The notes: generated by a model from the letters alone, not told the origin. A DNA stretch of 64,000 nt from an uncultured Acidobacteriota bacterium (GCA_963836075.1 CAWIIB010000009.1:3452850-3516849), one strand, 5' to 3'. Shown: positions 10,097-21,362, counted from the stretch's first letter. Numbers and translations: made by a program.

Positions 10097-11748
10097 ACCA
10101 GATTCTCATCTCGAACCGTCTCCCCTGGGGTCTGGCCCTGCTCAGTGGTCTGCTGCTGTTCTGCGCCTTCCCCCCTCTGGGCTGGTGGCCCCTGGGTTGG
10201 GTGGCGCTGGCTCCGCTGATGGTGGCCGCGGCCCGCTCCGGCCCCTGGTCCGCGGCATTGATGGGGCTGGCCGCCGGCGCCCTGTTCAATTTCCTGTCTC
10301 TGCCCTGGCTGATCACGGTGATGAAGACCTATGGCGGGCTGAACATGGTGGTCAGCCTGCTGCTCTTTATCCTGCTGGTGCTCTGCCTCTCGCTCTTCAC
10401 CTCGGCCTTTGCTCTCACCGTGTCCCTTCTCTGCCGGGAAGGAGGCCCCAATGCCGTGCTCCTCGCCCCGGTCATCTGGGTGGGGAGCGAACTGCTCCGC
10501 GGTGTGCTGATGGTCACCGGCTTCCCCTGGAACCTGCTGGCCTATTCCCAGGCCGCGGTGCCCTGGGCGATCCAGCCGGCGTCGCTGGTGGGCGCCTACG
10601 GCCTCTCCCTGATCCTGGCCCTCGGCTCGGCGCTGCTGGCCCGGGGAGCCCTGGGGGCGGCTGATGCCGGCCGGACCGAAGGACGAAAACCACTTCCCGG
10701 CTGGGCCTGGCCCACGGTGGCTCTGGCCCTGGTGCTGCTGGTTCTGGCGGCCGGCCGGGCGCGGATCTCCACGCTGGACGACCGGGTGAACGGCGGCCGG
10801 CAGGGCGTGCGCATGGAGGCGGCCCTGGTCCAGTGCAACGTGAGCCAGGAGATGAAGATGTCGGCCCGCGACCGGGTGGGCATCGCCGATGTGCTCTTTC
10901 GCATGACCCGGGAGGCCGCCGCCGGCCGAGAACTGGATCTGGTGATCTGGCCCGAGTCTTCGATCCCCTTTCTCCGCTTTCGCAACGAGCCGGTGCTGCG
11001 GGCCGAGATCCAGAGCCTGGCCCGGGAACTGGACACACCGATCCTTTTCGGTTCCGTGGACAGCCCGGCCGGTCTGGGCGAGACCTACCAGCCGGGGGGG
11101 CGGGGGAGAGGAGCGTACACCAATGCCGCCATGCTGGTGGACCGCCGGGGGGTGCTGGCCTGGAAATACGACAAGATCCACCTCGTTCCCTTCGGCGAGT
11201 ATGTGCCGGCCAAGCGGCTGCTCTTCTTTGCCGGTAAACTGGTGTCCGAGGTGGCGGACTTTACCCCCGGGGAGTCCTATGCTATAACCCGCCTCGGAAC
11301 AGCGGACGGGGGGTGTCTGATCTGTTACGAGATCATCTTCCCCGAGCTGGCGCGAGGGTTCGTGCGGCAGGGGGCGGATCTGCTGGTGAACATCACCAAC
11401 GACGCCTGGTTTGGCGATTCGGCCGCACCGCGGCAGCATTTCAACGCTGCCGTGTTCCGGGCGGTGGAAAACGGCCGGCCCGTGTTACGCTGTGCCAATA
11501 CCGGAATCTCCGGTGTGATCGACCCGCTGGGGCGGGTGCGGCAACAGACCCGGCTCAACGAACGGTCTATCGTTCCGGTGTCGCTGACCGTGGCGCCGCT
11601 GGATACCTTTTACACTCGCCACGGCGAAGTGACCTCCTGGGGCTGCCTGGGGCTCTGGGCGCTCACCCTCACCGCCTGCCTGGTCCGGCGCCGCCGGCCT
11701 GCCGGCGGGCGAGGCACGCCAAAGGCAAAGGAAGGGATGGGGTCATGA
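10093..11748 (+). CDS. lnt: Apolipoprotein N-acyltransferase
   Basis: Multiple TM segments. Motifs GFPW, IWPES, YDKIHLVPFGEY, ICYE and NITNDAWF. Confidence 0.95.
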   Translation: MNQILISNRLPWGLALLSGLLLFCAFPPLGWWPLGWVALAPLMVAAARSGPWSAALMGLAAGALFNFLSLPWLITVMKTYGGLNMVVSLLLFILLVLCLSLFTSAFALTVSLLCREGGPNAVLLAPVIWVGSELLRGVLMVTGFPWNLLAYSQAAVPWAIQPASLVGAYGLSLILALGSALLARGALGAADAGRTEGRKPLPGWAWPTVALALVLLVLAAGRARISTLDDRVNGGRQGVRMEAALVQCNVSQEMKMSARDRVGIADVLFRMTREAAAGRELDLVIWPESSIPFLRFRNEPVLRAEIQSLARELDTPILFGSVDSPAGLGETYQPGGRGRGAYTNAAMLVDRRGVLAWKYDKIHLVPFGEYVPAKRLLFFAGKLVSEVADFTPGESYAITRLGTADGGCLICYEIIFPELARGFVRQGADLLVNITNDAWFGDSAAPRQHFNAAVFRAVENGRPVLRCANTGISGVIDPLGRVRQQTRLNERSIVPVSLTVAPLDTFYTRHGEVTSWGCLGLWALTLTACLVRRRRPAGGRGTPKAKEGMGS

Positions 11749-12840
11749 GAGACGACCTGCACAAACTGTACACCGACCTCAAGGAGCGGATCACCCGGCT
11801 CAGGGGGTATCTTTGATGTAGATGCCAAGCGCGAGGAGTTGGCCCGCATCGAGCTCCAGATCGCCAAGCCGGATTTCTGGGACGACCCCCAGGCCACCCA
11901 GTCGGTGCTGAAGAATCGTCACGCGCTGGACGCCTCGGTAAAGCAGGTCGAGGCGTTCATTGAGCGCGAGGAGGAGATGACCGTCCTCGCCGACCTGGAC
12001 AGCGAGGGCGAGGATGTGGATGCCGACCTGGAGAGCGGCCTGAACTCGCTGGCCGCCAGCCTGGACAAGGTGGAGATGGCTCTGATGCTCGATGGCGAGA
12101 CCGATGCCAACAACGCCATCGTGGCCATCAACTCCGGGGCCGGAGGCACCGAGAGCCAGGACTGGGCCGAGATGCTCCACCGCATGTATCTCCGCTGGGC
12201 CGACCAGATGGGCTTTGCCACCAAGGCCCTGGACCACCAGCCGGGGGAAGAGGCGGGGATCAAGAGCGCCACCTTCATGATCAACGGCCAGTTCGCTTAC
12301 GGCTACATGAGGGCCGAAGTGGGCGTGCACCGCCTGGTGCGTATATCGCCTTTTGACGCCAACAAGCGGCGTCACACCTCCTTCGCCTCGGTTTTCGTCT
12401 ACCCCGAAGTGGACGACGACGTGGATGTCGAGATCGACGAGAAGGATCTGCGTATCGACACCTACCGCTCCAGCGGCGCCGGCGGACAGCACGTCAACGT
12501 CACCGACTCGGCGGTGCGGATCACCCACCTGCCGACAAACATCGTGGTGCAGTGCCAGAACGAGCGCAGCCAGCACCGCAACCGGGACATGGCGATGAAG
12601 GTGCTGCGGGCCCGGCTCTACGAACACGAGATGGCCGAGCGGCTCAAGGAGCGGGAGGAGGCAGCATCGACCAAGATGGAGATCGGCTTCGGCAGCCAGA
12701 TCCGCTCCTACGTGCTGCACCCCTACCAGATGATCAAGGACCACCGGACGAACGTTGAAGTGGGGAACGTGAACAAGGTGCTGGACGGCGACCTCAACCA
12801 GTTCATCCGCACCTTCCTGCTGAGCCGCAAGAAGGACTAG
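11745..12840 (+). CDS. prfB: Peptide chain release factor 2 (programmed +1 frameshift at 11811-11816)
   Basis: A short first ORF (MRDDL...RGYL) ends in AGGGGG-TAT-CTT-TGA. The second frame has SPF and GGQ motifs. Confidence 0.96.
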
Positions 12841-12849
12841 GGGGCAGGT

Positions 12850-13824
12850 TTGGCTTTTCTGGGCATCGACATCGGCGGCACCAAGACCGCGGTCTGCGTC
12901 GGCACCGCCGGGGGGCACATTCTCGCCTCGCGGCGCATGCCCAGCCTCTCCGGGGACTACCTCGACGACTACTTCAGGGAACTGGCCGACCTCTGCCGGC
13001 TGATTCTCTCCGCGGCCGAGCTGGACGAGGGCAACCCGCTCACCGCGGTGGGTGTTTCGGCCCCCGGCCCGCTGGACTGCACCCGGGGCGTGCTGCTCGC
13101 CCCGCCCAACAACCCCGGTTGGACCGAGGTGCCGGTGGTGGAGCGGCTGGCTCCGCTCTTTGATGTGCCGTTGTTCATCAACAACGACGCCAATGCCTGC
13201 GCCCTTGCCGAACTCTACTACGGGGAGCACAAAAGCGCCCGCGACCTGATCTACCTCACCGCCAGCACCGGTATGGGCGCGGGGGTCATCGTCAACGGCA
13301 GGCTGCTCCAGGGGGTCACCGACAACGGCGGCGAGGTGGGGCACCAGGTGCTCGACCCCCAGGGGCCGCCCTGCCCCTGCGGCAAGCGCGGTTGCTGGGA
13401 AGTCTATGTGGGCGGCAAGAGTGTGGCCGACCGGGTGCGCACCGAGATCCTGGACAAGGGAATCGAGACCGCTATCGTTCAGGAAGCCGGCGGCAACCCC
13501 TACCAGATCGATCACCGGGCCATCGCCGCCGCGGCCCGGGCCGGCGACGCCTACGCCCTGCGGCAGTGGGACACCTTCACCGAGCGTCTGGCCCAGGGAG
13601 TGGGCAACCTGATCCAGGTCTTCAACCCCGAAGTGATCGTCCTCGGCACCATGGCCGTCAACGAGGGCGACTTCCTGATGGACCCCCTGCGGGCCAAGCT
13701 GCCGAAATACGCCTGGAAATGGCCCCTGGAGGCCTGCACCATAGTGCCCAGTTCACTTGGTTCGCGGGTCGGCGATCTCTCCGCCCTGGCCGTGGCCCGC
13801 GCCGGGCTGGAAAATCTCACCTAG
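12850..13824 (+). CDS. ROK family sugar kinase (glucokinase-like)
   Basis: Motifs GIDIGGTK, NDANACALAE, GEVGH and CPCGKRGCWE. Confidence 0.9.
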   Translation: MAFLGIDIGGTKTAVCVGTAGGHILASRRMPSLSGDYLDDYFRELADLCRLILSAAELDEGNPLTAVGVSAPGPLDCTRGVLLAPPNNPGWTEVPVVERLAPLFDVPLFINNDANACALAELYYGEHKSARDLIYLTASTGMGAGVIVNGRLLQGVTDNGGEVGHQVLDPQGPPCPCGKRGCWEVYVGGKSVADRVRTEILDKGIETAIVQEAGGNPYQIDHRAIAAAARAGDAYALRQWDTFTERLAQGVGNLIQVFNPEVIVLGTMAVNEGDFLMDPLRAKLPKYAWKWPLEACTIVPSSLGSRVGDLSALAVARAGLENLT

Positions 13825-16205
13825 AAGTATCCCAGGATCCGTTTCTGGTCCTGCCAGGGCAGGGCGAGGATGGAGACCTCCCGCGGGGAACAGGAGCGGC
13901 TCGGTTCGGTGCCCTCGCGAAAGGCTTCGAGGATGATGTCGGTGCAGCCCGAGCCGGCAGTGGCCCTGAGGCCGGTATTGCGTTCGATGGGGACGAAGAC
14001 GACACCGGGGGGAACTTCGAAGCGGCTGCCCTCGGCGGTTTCCGGGTCGATGACAGTTTCGAGAAACTGGGTCCAGATGGGCAGGGCGGCCACCGCGCCG
14101 GACATCTTGTTGCCCAGGCTCTCGCTGCTCTTGTCGGAATAGCCGACCCAGACACCCACGGTCAGTTCGGGTGTGAAGCCCACAAACCAGGCATTGGTGT
14201 ACTCGTCGGTGGTGCCGGTCTTGCCTCCCTTGGCCCCGGGGACCCGGTTTTTGGCGGCCTTCCCGGTGCCCCGTTCGATAACCCCCTCCAGGGCCGCGGT
14301 GACCAGGTAGGCGCTGACCGGGTTGAGCACCTCCCAGGATGTGGGGTGGAACTCCTGATCCACATTGCCGCCGGCGTCGTCGATCTGGGTGATGAAATAC
14401 GGTTCCACCGCCACTCCCAGATTGGGGAACACGGCGTAGACCGAGGTGATCTCGATCAGGCTGACCTCGGCCGAGCCGAGGGCCACCGAAAGATACGGCG
14501 GCACCGGGCTGGTGAACCCCAGCCGCTTGGCGTAGCTGGCCAGGACGTCCGGACCCAGTTTCTGGTTCAGCTTCACCGAGGCGACATTGATCGAGTCCTC
14601 GATGGTCTTGCGCAGGGTGACCAGCCCGTTATACGACCTGTAATAGTTCTCCGGCCGGTAGATCGCACCGCTCCAGGGGTCAGGGAACTCGGTGGGTTCG
14701 TCGAAGATGGTGTCGGTGAGCGAGAAGCCGTTGTCCACCGCCGCGGCCAGCAGGATCGGTTTGAAAGCCGATCCGGGCTGGCGCTGGGCCTGCACCGCGC
14801 AGTTGAAGGCGCTGCGTTCGAAACTGTAGCCGCCCACCATGGCCCGCACCTGGCCGGTGGAGTTGTCGATGGCCACCAGCGCCGCTTCCGGGCTGGGCTC
14901 CTGTTCCAGTTCCAGCTCCACGGTGGCGTTCTCGGCGTCGAGGGACAGGATGCGGAAGAGGGTCACGTCACCCGGCTTGAACACTTTGGAGATGCTGCGC
15001 CTGGTCCATTGGATGGCCTTCCCGCCGGCCTCGCCCTGGTAGGGCCCCACCCGCACAGTGGCCGAATCGCCCTCCACCTTGAGCACCACCCCCTCGTAGA
15101 CATCACCCTCTTCGATGCCGAAGCGCCAACCGGGCGAGTCGTATAGTTCGGGGCTTTCCAGCTCCAGATTGAAGGTGTTCTTCTCGATTTCGCGAAACCC
15201 GCGTCGGATCCGCGAGAGTTGCAGCAGTCCGTCACGAACGGCGTCGTTGGCCGCTTCCTGCATCCGGGAATCGATGGTGGTGTGCACCTGGAGGCCCCGC
15301 TCGAGGTAGCTGCCGCCGTATTGTCGTTTGAGATACTTGCGAATCTCCTCGGTGAAGTGGGGGGCCCGGCGGGCGGTGGAGTCGAGGACTTTCAGCTCCA
15401 ACGGGCAGGCCTTCTGCGCCTCGCACTCATTCTCGTCGATCATCCCCTCCTCCCTCATCCGGTCCAGCACCCAGTTTCTGCGCCGCAGGGCCCGGTCGGG
15501 GTTCTTGATCGGTGAATAGGAGGACGGCCGGCGGGGGATGCCCACCAGCAGGGCCGCCTCGTGGCGCTCCAGTTCAGCCGCCGGTTTGCTGAAATAGTAT
15601 CGCGAGGCCATCTCGATGCCATAGACCGCGTGGTCGAAGCAGACCTGGTTGCAGTAGAGCCCCATGATCTCGTCCTTGGTGTAGTTCAGCTCGATGCGGA
15701 TGGCCAGCACCGCTTCCTTGATCTTGCGCTCGAAACTCTTCTCCGGGGTGAGGAAAAGCAGCTTGGCCAGCTGCTGGGTCAGGGTGGACCCCCCCTCGGC
15801 CAGCCGCTGGTGGCGAATATCACTGATCACGGCCCGGGCGATGCCGATGGGGTCGATGCCGGTGTGCTGGTAAAAGTGTGAGTCTTCGGCGGCCACCACC
15901 GCGTCCTTGACCACCTGGGGGATGTCTCCCGCCTCGATGATCACCCGTTTTTCAGAGGCGAAGCGGGCCAGGGTCACCCCGTCAGAGGAGAGCACGGCGG
16001 TGGTCAGGCTGGGGGTGTAGTCCTCCAGCTCGTAGATCGAGGGCACGTCGAGGATCCGCGAGACGAAAAGCCCGGCACCCACGCCCACCGTCACCGCGGC
16101 GAGGATCAGCAGGGGGATGACCAGCCGGCGCAGCAGGCCCCTGGAGAGGCCCTTGCCCCCCGGGGGCCCGGGAGAATTCTTTTTGGTGCTGTTGGTGATG
16201 GTCAT
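13821..16205 (-). CDS. mrcA: Class A penicillin-binding protein (PBP1A family)
   Basis: TM anchor. Transglycosylase motifs EDSHF and GGSTLTQQLAK; transpeptidase motifs SAFK, SIN and KTGT. Confidence 0.92.
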   Translation of the reverse strand: MTITNSTKKNSPGPPGGKGLSRGLLRRLVIPLLILAAVTVGVGAGLFVSRILDVPSIYELEDYTPSLTTAVLSSDGVTLARFASEKRVIIEAGDIPQVVKDAVVAAEDSHFYQHTGIDPIGIARAVISDIRHQRLAEGGSTLTQQLAKLLFLTPEKSFERKIKEAVLAIRIELNYTKDEIMGLYCNQVCFDHAVYGIEMASRYYFSKPAAELERHEAALLVGIPRRPSSYSPIKNPDRALRRRNWVLDRMREEGMIDENECEAQKACPLELKVLDSTARRAPHFTEEIRKYLKRQYGGSYLERGLQVHTTIDSRMQEAANDAVRDGLLQLSRIRRGFREIEKNTFNLELESPELYDSPGWRFGIEEGDVYEGVVLKVEGDSATVRVGPYQGEAGGKAIQWTRRSISKVFKPGDVTLFRILSLDAENATVELELEQEPSPEAALVAIDNSTGQVRAMVGGYSFERSAFNCAVQAQRQPGSAFKPILLAAAVDNGFSLTDTIFDEPTEFPDPWSGAIYRPENYYRSYNGLVTLRKTIEDSINVASVKLNQKLGPDVLASYAKRLGFTSPVPPYLSVALGSAEVSLIEITSVYAVFPNLGVAVEPYFITQIDDAGGNVDQEFHPTSWEVLNPVSAYLVTAALEGVIERGTGKAAKNRVPGAKGGKTGTTDEYTNAWFVGFTPELTVGVWVGYSDKSSESLGNKMSGAVAALPIWTQFLETVIDPETAEGSRFEVPPGVVFVPIERNTGLRATAGSGCTDIILEAFREGTEPSRSCSPREVSILALPWQDQKRILGYF

Positions 16206-16457
16206 CGCGTCTCGCTTCCGGGCCCCGGCCGGTGTCATGCTGTGCGGGGGTGAATCAACCAGCAATGATAACAGAGGGCCGGTGGAGGGGTCAAAAACCG
16301 GACGGATCTGGGCCGGGCCCAATTTGACTTCGGGCGTCCGGCTCACTTAACATTACTTAACGTCTGAAGCCATCTATACACGATTCTCGGCCGGGTTCGT
16401 CAGTTCGATGCACGACTTTCTGACCAGCAGCCGGCCGGCGCAGGAAAGGACACCAGC

Positions 16458-16952
16458 ATGTATCAGGACGCGGGCTCGGGTGCGGCGGCGCCGAAAAAGG
16501 GCGGCTGCCTCAAGTGGGGGGGCATCGGTTGCGCGGTGCTGCTGATCATCGTCATCATCGCTCTTGGTATCGCATACTCCAAGCGCGGCGCCATCATGGA
16601 GTGGTTCGGCGACAAGATGAAGCAGGCGCTGCTCCAGGCCCTGCCTGAGGACTTCCCCGAAGCTGAGGCGCTGGATACCATCGACGCCTTCTGGACGGCG
16701 ATCAAGGAGGACAGGCTCCAGCCGTCAGACATGCAGGAACTGCAGGCCAAGATCCAGGCCGCCCAGGCCGATGGCGACTTCTCCGAGGAGGAGGCGATTG
16801 AACTGATCCGGTTCATGCGGGAGAAGGTGGGCCTCGACACCAAGGATGACCCGTATGGCGAGGAGGACCAGCAATACGAGGAAGAGGGCTGGGAGGAGGA
16901 CGTCCCGGCCGACAGCGCGGAGGAAGCGGCCGGGGACGCCACCGAGCTCTGA
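16458..16952 (+). CDS. Hypothetical single-pass membrane protein with an acidic C-terminal tail
   Basis: AAAGGA RBS. KKGGC followed by a hydrophobic helix. Coding-like codon usage. Confidence 0.7.
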   Translation: MYQDAGSGAAAPKKGGCLKWGGIGCAVLLIIVIIALGIAYSKRGAIMEWFGDKMKQALLQALPEDFPEAEALDTIDAFWTAIKEDRLQPSDMQELQAKIQAAQADGDFSEEEAIELIRFMREKVGLDTKDDPYGEEDQQYEEEGWEEDVPADSAEEAAGDATEL

Positions 16953-17048
16953 TCCCCGGCAGTGCGATACGATCGAGGTGAACCGGGATTCCGGGGGTGA
17001 GCGCCAGACCCCCGAGAATCCCGTTTTCTTTCCCGGGGTGGATGCAGG

Positions 17049-19074
17049 ATGGCCGACGAGTTCAAACTGGTCAGCGACTTCGAGCCCCGGGGGGACCAGC
17101 CGGAGGCGGTGCGCCAGCTGGTGGCCGGCCTGAAAGCCGGCGAGCGGGAGCAGGTGCTGCTGGGGGTTACCGGTTCGGGCAAGACATACAGCATGGCCCT
17201 GGTGATCGAGGAACTGAACCGCCCGGCGCTGGTCTTTGCGCACAACAAGACCCTGGCGGCCCAGCTCTACCAGGAGTTCAAGTCCTTTTTCCCCCATAAT
17301 GCGGTGGAGTATTTCGTCAGTTACTACGACTACTACCAGCCGGAAGCCTACATCCCCACCACCGACACCTACATCGAAAAAGAGACCCAGATCAACGAGG
17401 AGATCGACCGGATGCGCCTCTCCGCCACCCGGTCGCTCTTCGAGCGGCGCGACGTGATCATCGTGGCCAGCGTCTCCTGCATTTACGGTATCGGCGCTCC
17501 CGAGGAATACTTCTCCCAGACCGTGATCCTCGAACAGGGGGAGAGGATTTCGCGGGAGAAGCTGCTGCGGCAGTTGGTGGACATCCAGTACAGCCGCAAC
17601 GACCTCGATTTCCGGCGGGGCACCTTCCGCGTCCGCGGGGACGTGGTGGAGGTCTATCCCTCGTACGAGGAGATGGGGGTGCGCATCGAGCTGTTCGGCG
17701 ACGAGGTGGACCGGATCAGCATCATCGATCCGCTGCGCGGCACCGTGGTGCGGGAGAAGCGCTTCATCCGCATCTTTGCCAAGAGCCACTACGTCACCAC
17801 CCGGCAGAATGTCCTGCGCGCGGTGGAGACCATCGCCGAGGAGCTGGGCCCGCGGCTGGAGCAGCTGCAGGGGGAGGGGAAGCTGCTGGAAGCCCAGCGG
17901 CTGGAACAGCGCACCCGTTACGACCTGGAGATGCTGCGGGAGATGAACTTCTGCCAGGGCATCGAGAACTACTCCCGGCATCTCAGCGGCCGCAAGGAGG
18001 GCGAACCACCCTACACCCTGCTGGACTACCTGCCGGAGAACGCGCTGCTCATCGTCGATGAGAGCCATGTCAGCCTGCCCCAGGTGCGGGGGATGTATGG
18101 CGGTGACCGCTCGCGCAAGTCGAACCTGGTGCACTACGGTTTCCGTCTGCCCTCGGCCCTGGACAACCGGCCGCTGAGCTTCGAGGAGTTCACCGCCCGC
18201 CAACCCCAGACCCTCTATGTCTCGGCCACCCCGGCGGACTACGAGTTGCAGCGCACCGGCGGGGTGGTGGTGGAGCAGATCATCCGCCCCACCGGTCTGA
18301 TGGACCCCGAGATCGTCGTGCGGCCGGCCCGGGGCCAGGTGGATGACCTCTACGCCGAGATCGTCAAACGGGTGGCAAAGAGACACCGGGTGCTGGTCAC
18401 CACCCTGACCAAGCGGATGGCCGAGGACCTCACCGACTATTTCGAAGAGTTGGGCGTGCGGGTCCGCTACCTTCATGCCGACGTGGAGACCCTGGAGCGG
18501 GTGAAGCTGCTGCGCGAGCTGCGGCAGGGCGAGTTCGACGTGCTGGTGGGGATCAATCTGCTGCGCGAGGGTCTCGACCTGCCGGAGGTCTCGCTGGTGG
18601 CGGTTCTGGACGCCGACAAGGAGGGCTTTCTGCGCTCCGGCGGCTCGCTGATCCAGATCGCCGGCCGGGCCGCCCGCAATGTGGAGGGACTGGTGATTTT
18701 CTATGCCGACCAGGTGACCCGGTCCATGCGCCGGGCCATGGACGAGACCGAACGCCGCCGCCGGCGTCAGATGGAATACAATGTGGCCCACGGGATCACG
18801 CCCCAGTCGATCATCAAGTCCATCGACACGGTGCTGGGCAGTGTCTACGAAGCAGACTATGCCGCCGTGCCGGAGGTCCCGGACCGCCGCAGGGCGCAGG
18901 GGGACGGGGCCGCCGGCGATCTGCCCCAGTACCCTGGATGAAAAGAGCCGTCAGGAGCTCACCGGGCAGCTGGAGCGGGAGATGATGCAGGCCGCCGCCG
19001 ACCTGCAGTTCGAGAAAGCAGCGGAGATCCGGGACCGGATCAAGGCGCTCCGGGAGAGCGCCCTTTTTACCTGA
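17049..19074 (+). CDS. uvrB: Excinuclease ABC subunit B (frameshift near 18925, likely an artefact)
   Basis: Motifs [22 protein letters not shown] and [10 protein letters not shown]. The C-terminal UVR domain ([14 protein letters not shown]) continues in another frame. Confidence 0.95.
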
Positions 19075-19088
19075 GAGGCTGGAACGAG

Positions 19089-19868
19089 GTGAATGGCGAA
19101 GACTACGTTCTTGGGGAACTGCAGCAGGCGCTGGGCTACCACTTCCGCGACCGCCATCTTCTGGAACGGGCCCTGACCCACTCCTCCTGGCGCCACGAGG
19201 CCCGGTCCCAGGGCGCGGAGGACCCGCTGGACAACGAGCCGCTGGAGTTTCTCGGCGATGCCCTGCTGGGCCTGGCCGTGGCCCGGGCGCTGTTCCGGCT
19301 GAATCCCGAAGCGGAGGAGGGGTTCCTCACCCGGGCCCGCTCCACCCTGGTCTCCACCGGGACCCTGGCCGAGGTGGCGCGGGAGATCTCCCTGGGCCGC
19401 TGCCTCCGGCTGGGCCGGGGCGAGGCGGCCAGTGGCGGGGAGGGCAAGGAGACGATCCTGGAGAACACCCTGGAAGCCCTGCTGGCCGGGGTGCTGCTGG
19501 ACGGCGGCGTGGCGGCGGCCGAGGCGGTGGTGTTGCGGCTCTTTGGCGAGCGTATGGAACGGCTGCGGCCCGGAGCGGACCTGACCCGTGACGACAAGTC
19601 GCGGCTCCAGGAACTGATCCAGTCCCGGGGACTGCCGCCGCCGGTCTACCAGATTCGGAGGGAGACCGGCCTGGACCATCAGAAGCGGTTCCTCGTGGCG
19701 GTCTGTCTGGAAGGAGTGGACCTGGCCCTGGCCGATGGGGGAAGCAAGAAGGAGGCTCAGCAGGCCGCGGCCCAGGCGGCCCTGGAGCGCTTCGCCCCCG
19801 GAGGGGTTCCGGACGAGGAGGCCCTGGCCCGGCTGAGCGGTCGGGCGGGGGAGGATGACGTCGAGTGA
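19089..19868 (+). CDS. rnc: Ribonuclease III
   Basis: Motifs ALTHSS and NEPLEFLGDA, plus a dsRBD (KSRLQE, GGSKKEAQQ). Confidence 0.93.
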   Translation: MNGEDYVLGELQQALGYHFRDRHLLERALTHSSWRHEARSQGAEDPLDNEPLEFLGDALLGLAVARALFRLNPEAEEGFLTRARSTLVSTGTLAEVAREISLGRCLRLGRGEAASGGEGKETILENTLEALLAGVLLDGGVAAAEAVVLRLFGERMERLRPGADLTRDDKSRLQELIQSRGLPPPVYQIRRETGLDHQKRFLVAVCLEGVDLALADGGSKKEAQQAAAQAALERFAPGGVPDEEALARLSGRAGEDDVE

Positions 19869-20401
19869 ACGGGGAAACGGTGAAGTGGGTTGTGGGCCTG
19901 ATCGCGGCGCCGGACTTCGACCCCGGGGAGCTGGTGGAACCGCTGGCCCTGATCATCGGCCCCGAGGAGCGGCGGTTCGGGCCCTGGCCCTTCAGCCAGA
20001 CCGACTACTACCAGCCGGAAATGGGACCGGGGTTGGTTCGCTACTGGCTATCGGCCACAGGGCAGGGCGACGCCTGCGATCTGGCCCGGATCAAAAGGGA
20101 ATGCTCCCTGCTGGAAGACCGTTTCCGCCGTCCCGCTGCGGACGGGGGCGGGCGGCGGGTAAACATCGATCCCGGGTACCTCACCGCGGCCAAGTTCGTG
20201 CTCGCCTCGCACAAGAATTTCTCCCACCGCCTGGCGGTGGGGCAGGGGGTATTTGCCGAGCTGACCCTCTGTTTTTCGCGCACGGGGATGGTCTTTCACA
20301 ACTGGACCTACCCTGACTTCCGCCGCGGCGTCTACGACGAGGCCCTGAGGACCATCCGGGCTGATTTCATGGCCCAGGTTCCGCCGGTGGAGGGCGGGTG
20401 A
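19865..20401 (+). CDS. DUF4416 family protein
   Basis: Motifs TDYYQPEMG, RVNIDPGY, KNFSHR and WTYPD. Confidence 0.8.
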   Translation: MNGETVKWVVGLIAAPDFDPGELVEPLALIIGPEERRFGPWPFSQTDYYQPEMGPGLVRYWLSATGQGDACDLARIKRECSLLEDRFRRPAADGGGRRVNIDPGYLTAAKFVLASHKNFSHRLAVGQGVFAELTLCFSRTGMVFHNWTYPDFRRGVYDEALRTIRADFMAQVPPVEGG

Positions 20402-20417
20402 GACCCGCACGCTCGTG

Positions 20418-20446
20418 TTGACTACCCCTCAAGGGTAGAATATGAT
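20418..20446 (+). promoter_or_regulatory. sigma70 promoter of rsbW-rsbV with a palindrome in the spacer
   Basis: TTGACT-N17-TATGAT. Contains CTACCC-CTCAA-GGGTAG. Confidence 0.65.
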
Positions 20447-20516
20447 CTTCCAGAGGGTTAGAGGCCCGGACTACCCACGTTTCGTGAGAAGCCCGGGCCG
20501 ATTCATATGGGGCCTC

Positions 20517-20954
20517 ATGGTTGAAGATACCGGCCAGTCTGTTGAGGTGGTCATCGCCAACCAGTTCGAGATGATCGAGCTGGTGCAGTCGGTTCTCGAT
20601 GATTTGACCGAGCTGGTGGATTTTGACGAGGAGACGGTTCACTGGATGGGAATGGCGTTGCGCGAAGCGCTGAACAACGCCATCAAACATGGGAACAAGC
20701 TTGATCCGGGGAAGCATGTCCGGGTCACCTTCGACCTGTTGCCCGAGACGCTGGAGATCAAAGTCCTGGACGAAGGGGACGGTTTTGACGTCGCCAGTCT
20801 GCCCGATCCCACCGAGCCGGCCAACCTGCTGAAACCGAGCGGACGCGGAATCTTCTACATGAGAAAGTTCATGGATCGGTTAGAATTCAAGACAGAGAAG
20901 AATAAGGGCACTGAAGTTCACCTGGTCAAGAAGCGTCCAGACGCCGGGGACTGA
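20517..20954 (+). CDS. rsbW: Anti-sigma factor / Ser kinase (RsbW-like HATPase_c)
   Basis: Motifs EALNNAIKHGN, DEGDGF and SGRGIFYM. Confidence 0.85.
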   Translation: MVEDTGQSVEVVIANQFEMIELVQSVLDDLTELVDFDEETVHWMGMALREALNNAIKHGNKLDPGKHVRVTFDLLPETLEIKVLDEGDGFDVASLPDPTEPANLLKPSGRGIFYMRKFMDRLEFKTEKNKGTEVHLVKKRPDAGD

Positions 20955-21023
20955 CACACCCGCGGCGGCAGATGGTTTTACTATGGCGCGGCCGTGCCGG
21001 GCCGGAGAAGAGGAGAAGAGCTG

Positions 21024-21362
21024 ATGAAGACCAGCATCCGGACAACAGGGGATGTGGCGATTCTGGATCTCAAGGGGAAGATCACCATTGGTGAAGGCGA
21101 CGTGGCGCTCCGCGAGAATATAGAGCAGCTGCTCGAGGAGGGAAAGAAGAAGATCATCCTCAACCTGGCCAAAGTCAACTACATGGACAGCTCCGGCGTT
21201 GGCGAGCTGGTGGGAACCTTCACCACGGTGAACAACCGCGGCGGGAAGATGAAGTTGCTAAACCTGACCGAAAAAATCCAGGACCTGCTCCAGATCACTC
21301 AACTGCTCACCGTGTTCGAGTGTTTCAGCGACGAGGCGGAGGCGGTGGCCAGCTTCTCCTGA
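21024..21362 (+). CDS. rsbV: Anti-sigma factor antagonist (STAS domain)
   Basis: Motifs LDLKGKI and YMDSSGVG (phosphorylated serine). Confidence 0.88.
   Translation: MKTSIRTTGDVAILDLKGKITIGEGDVALRENIEQLLEEGKKKIILNLAKVNYMDSSGVGELVGTFTTVNNRGGKMKLLNLTEKIQDLLQITQLLTVFECFSDEAEAVASFS

Noticed and set aside
16980-16992. Possible LexA box before uvrB (GAACCGGGATTC)
   Set aside because: It is an imperfect match, and the LexA motif of this lineage cannot be established from the window.
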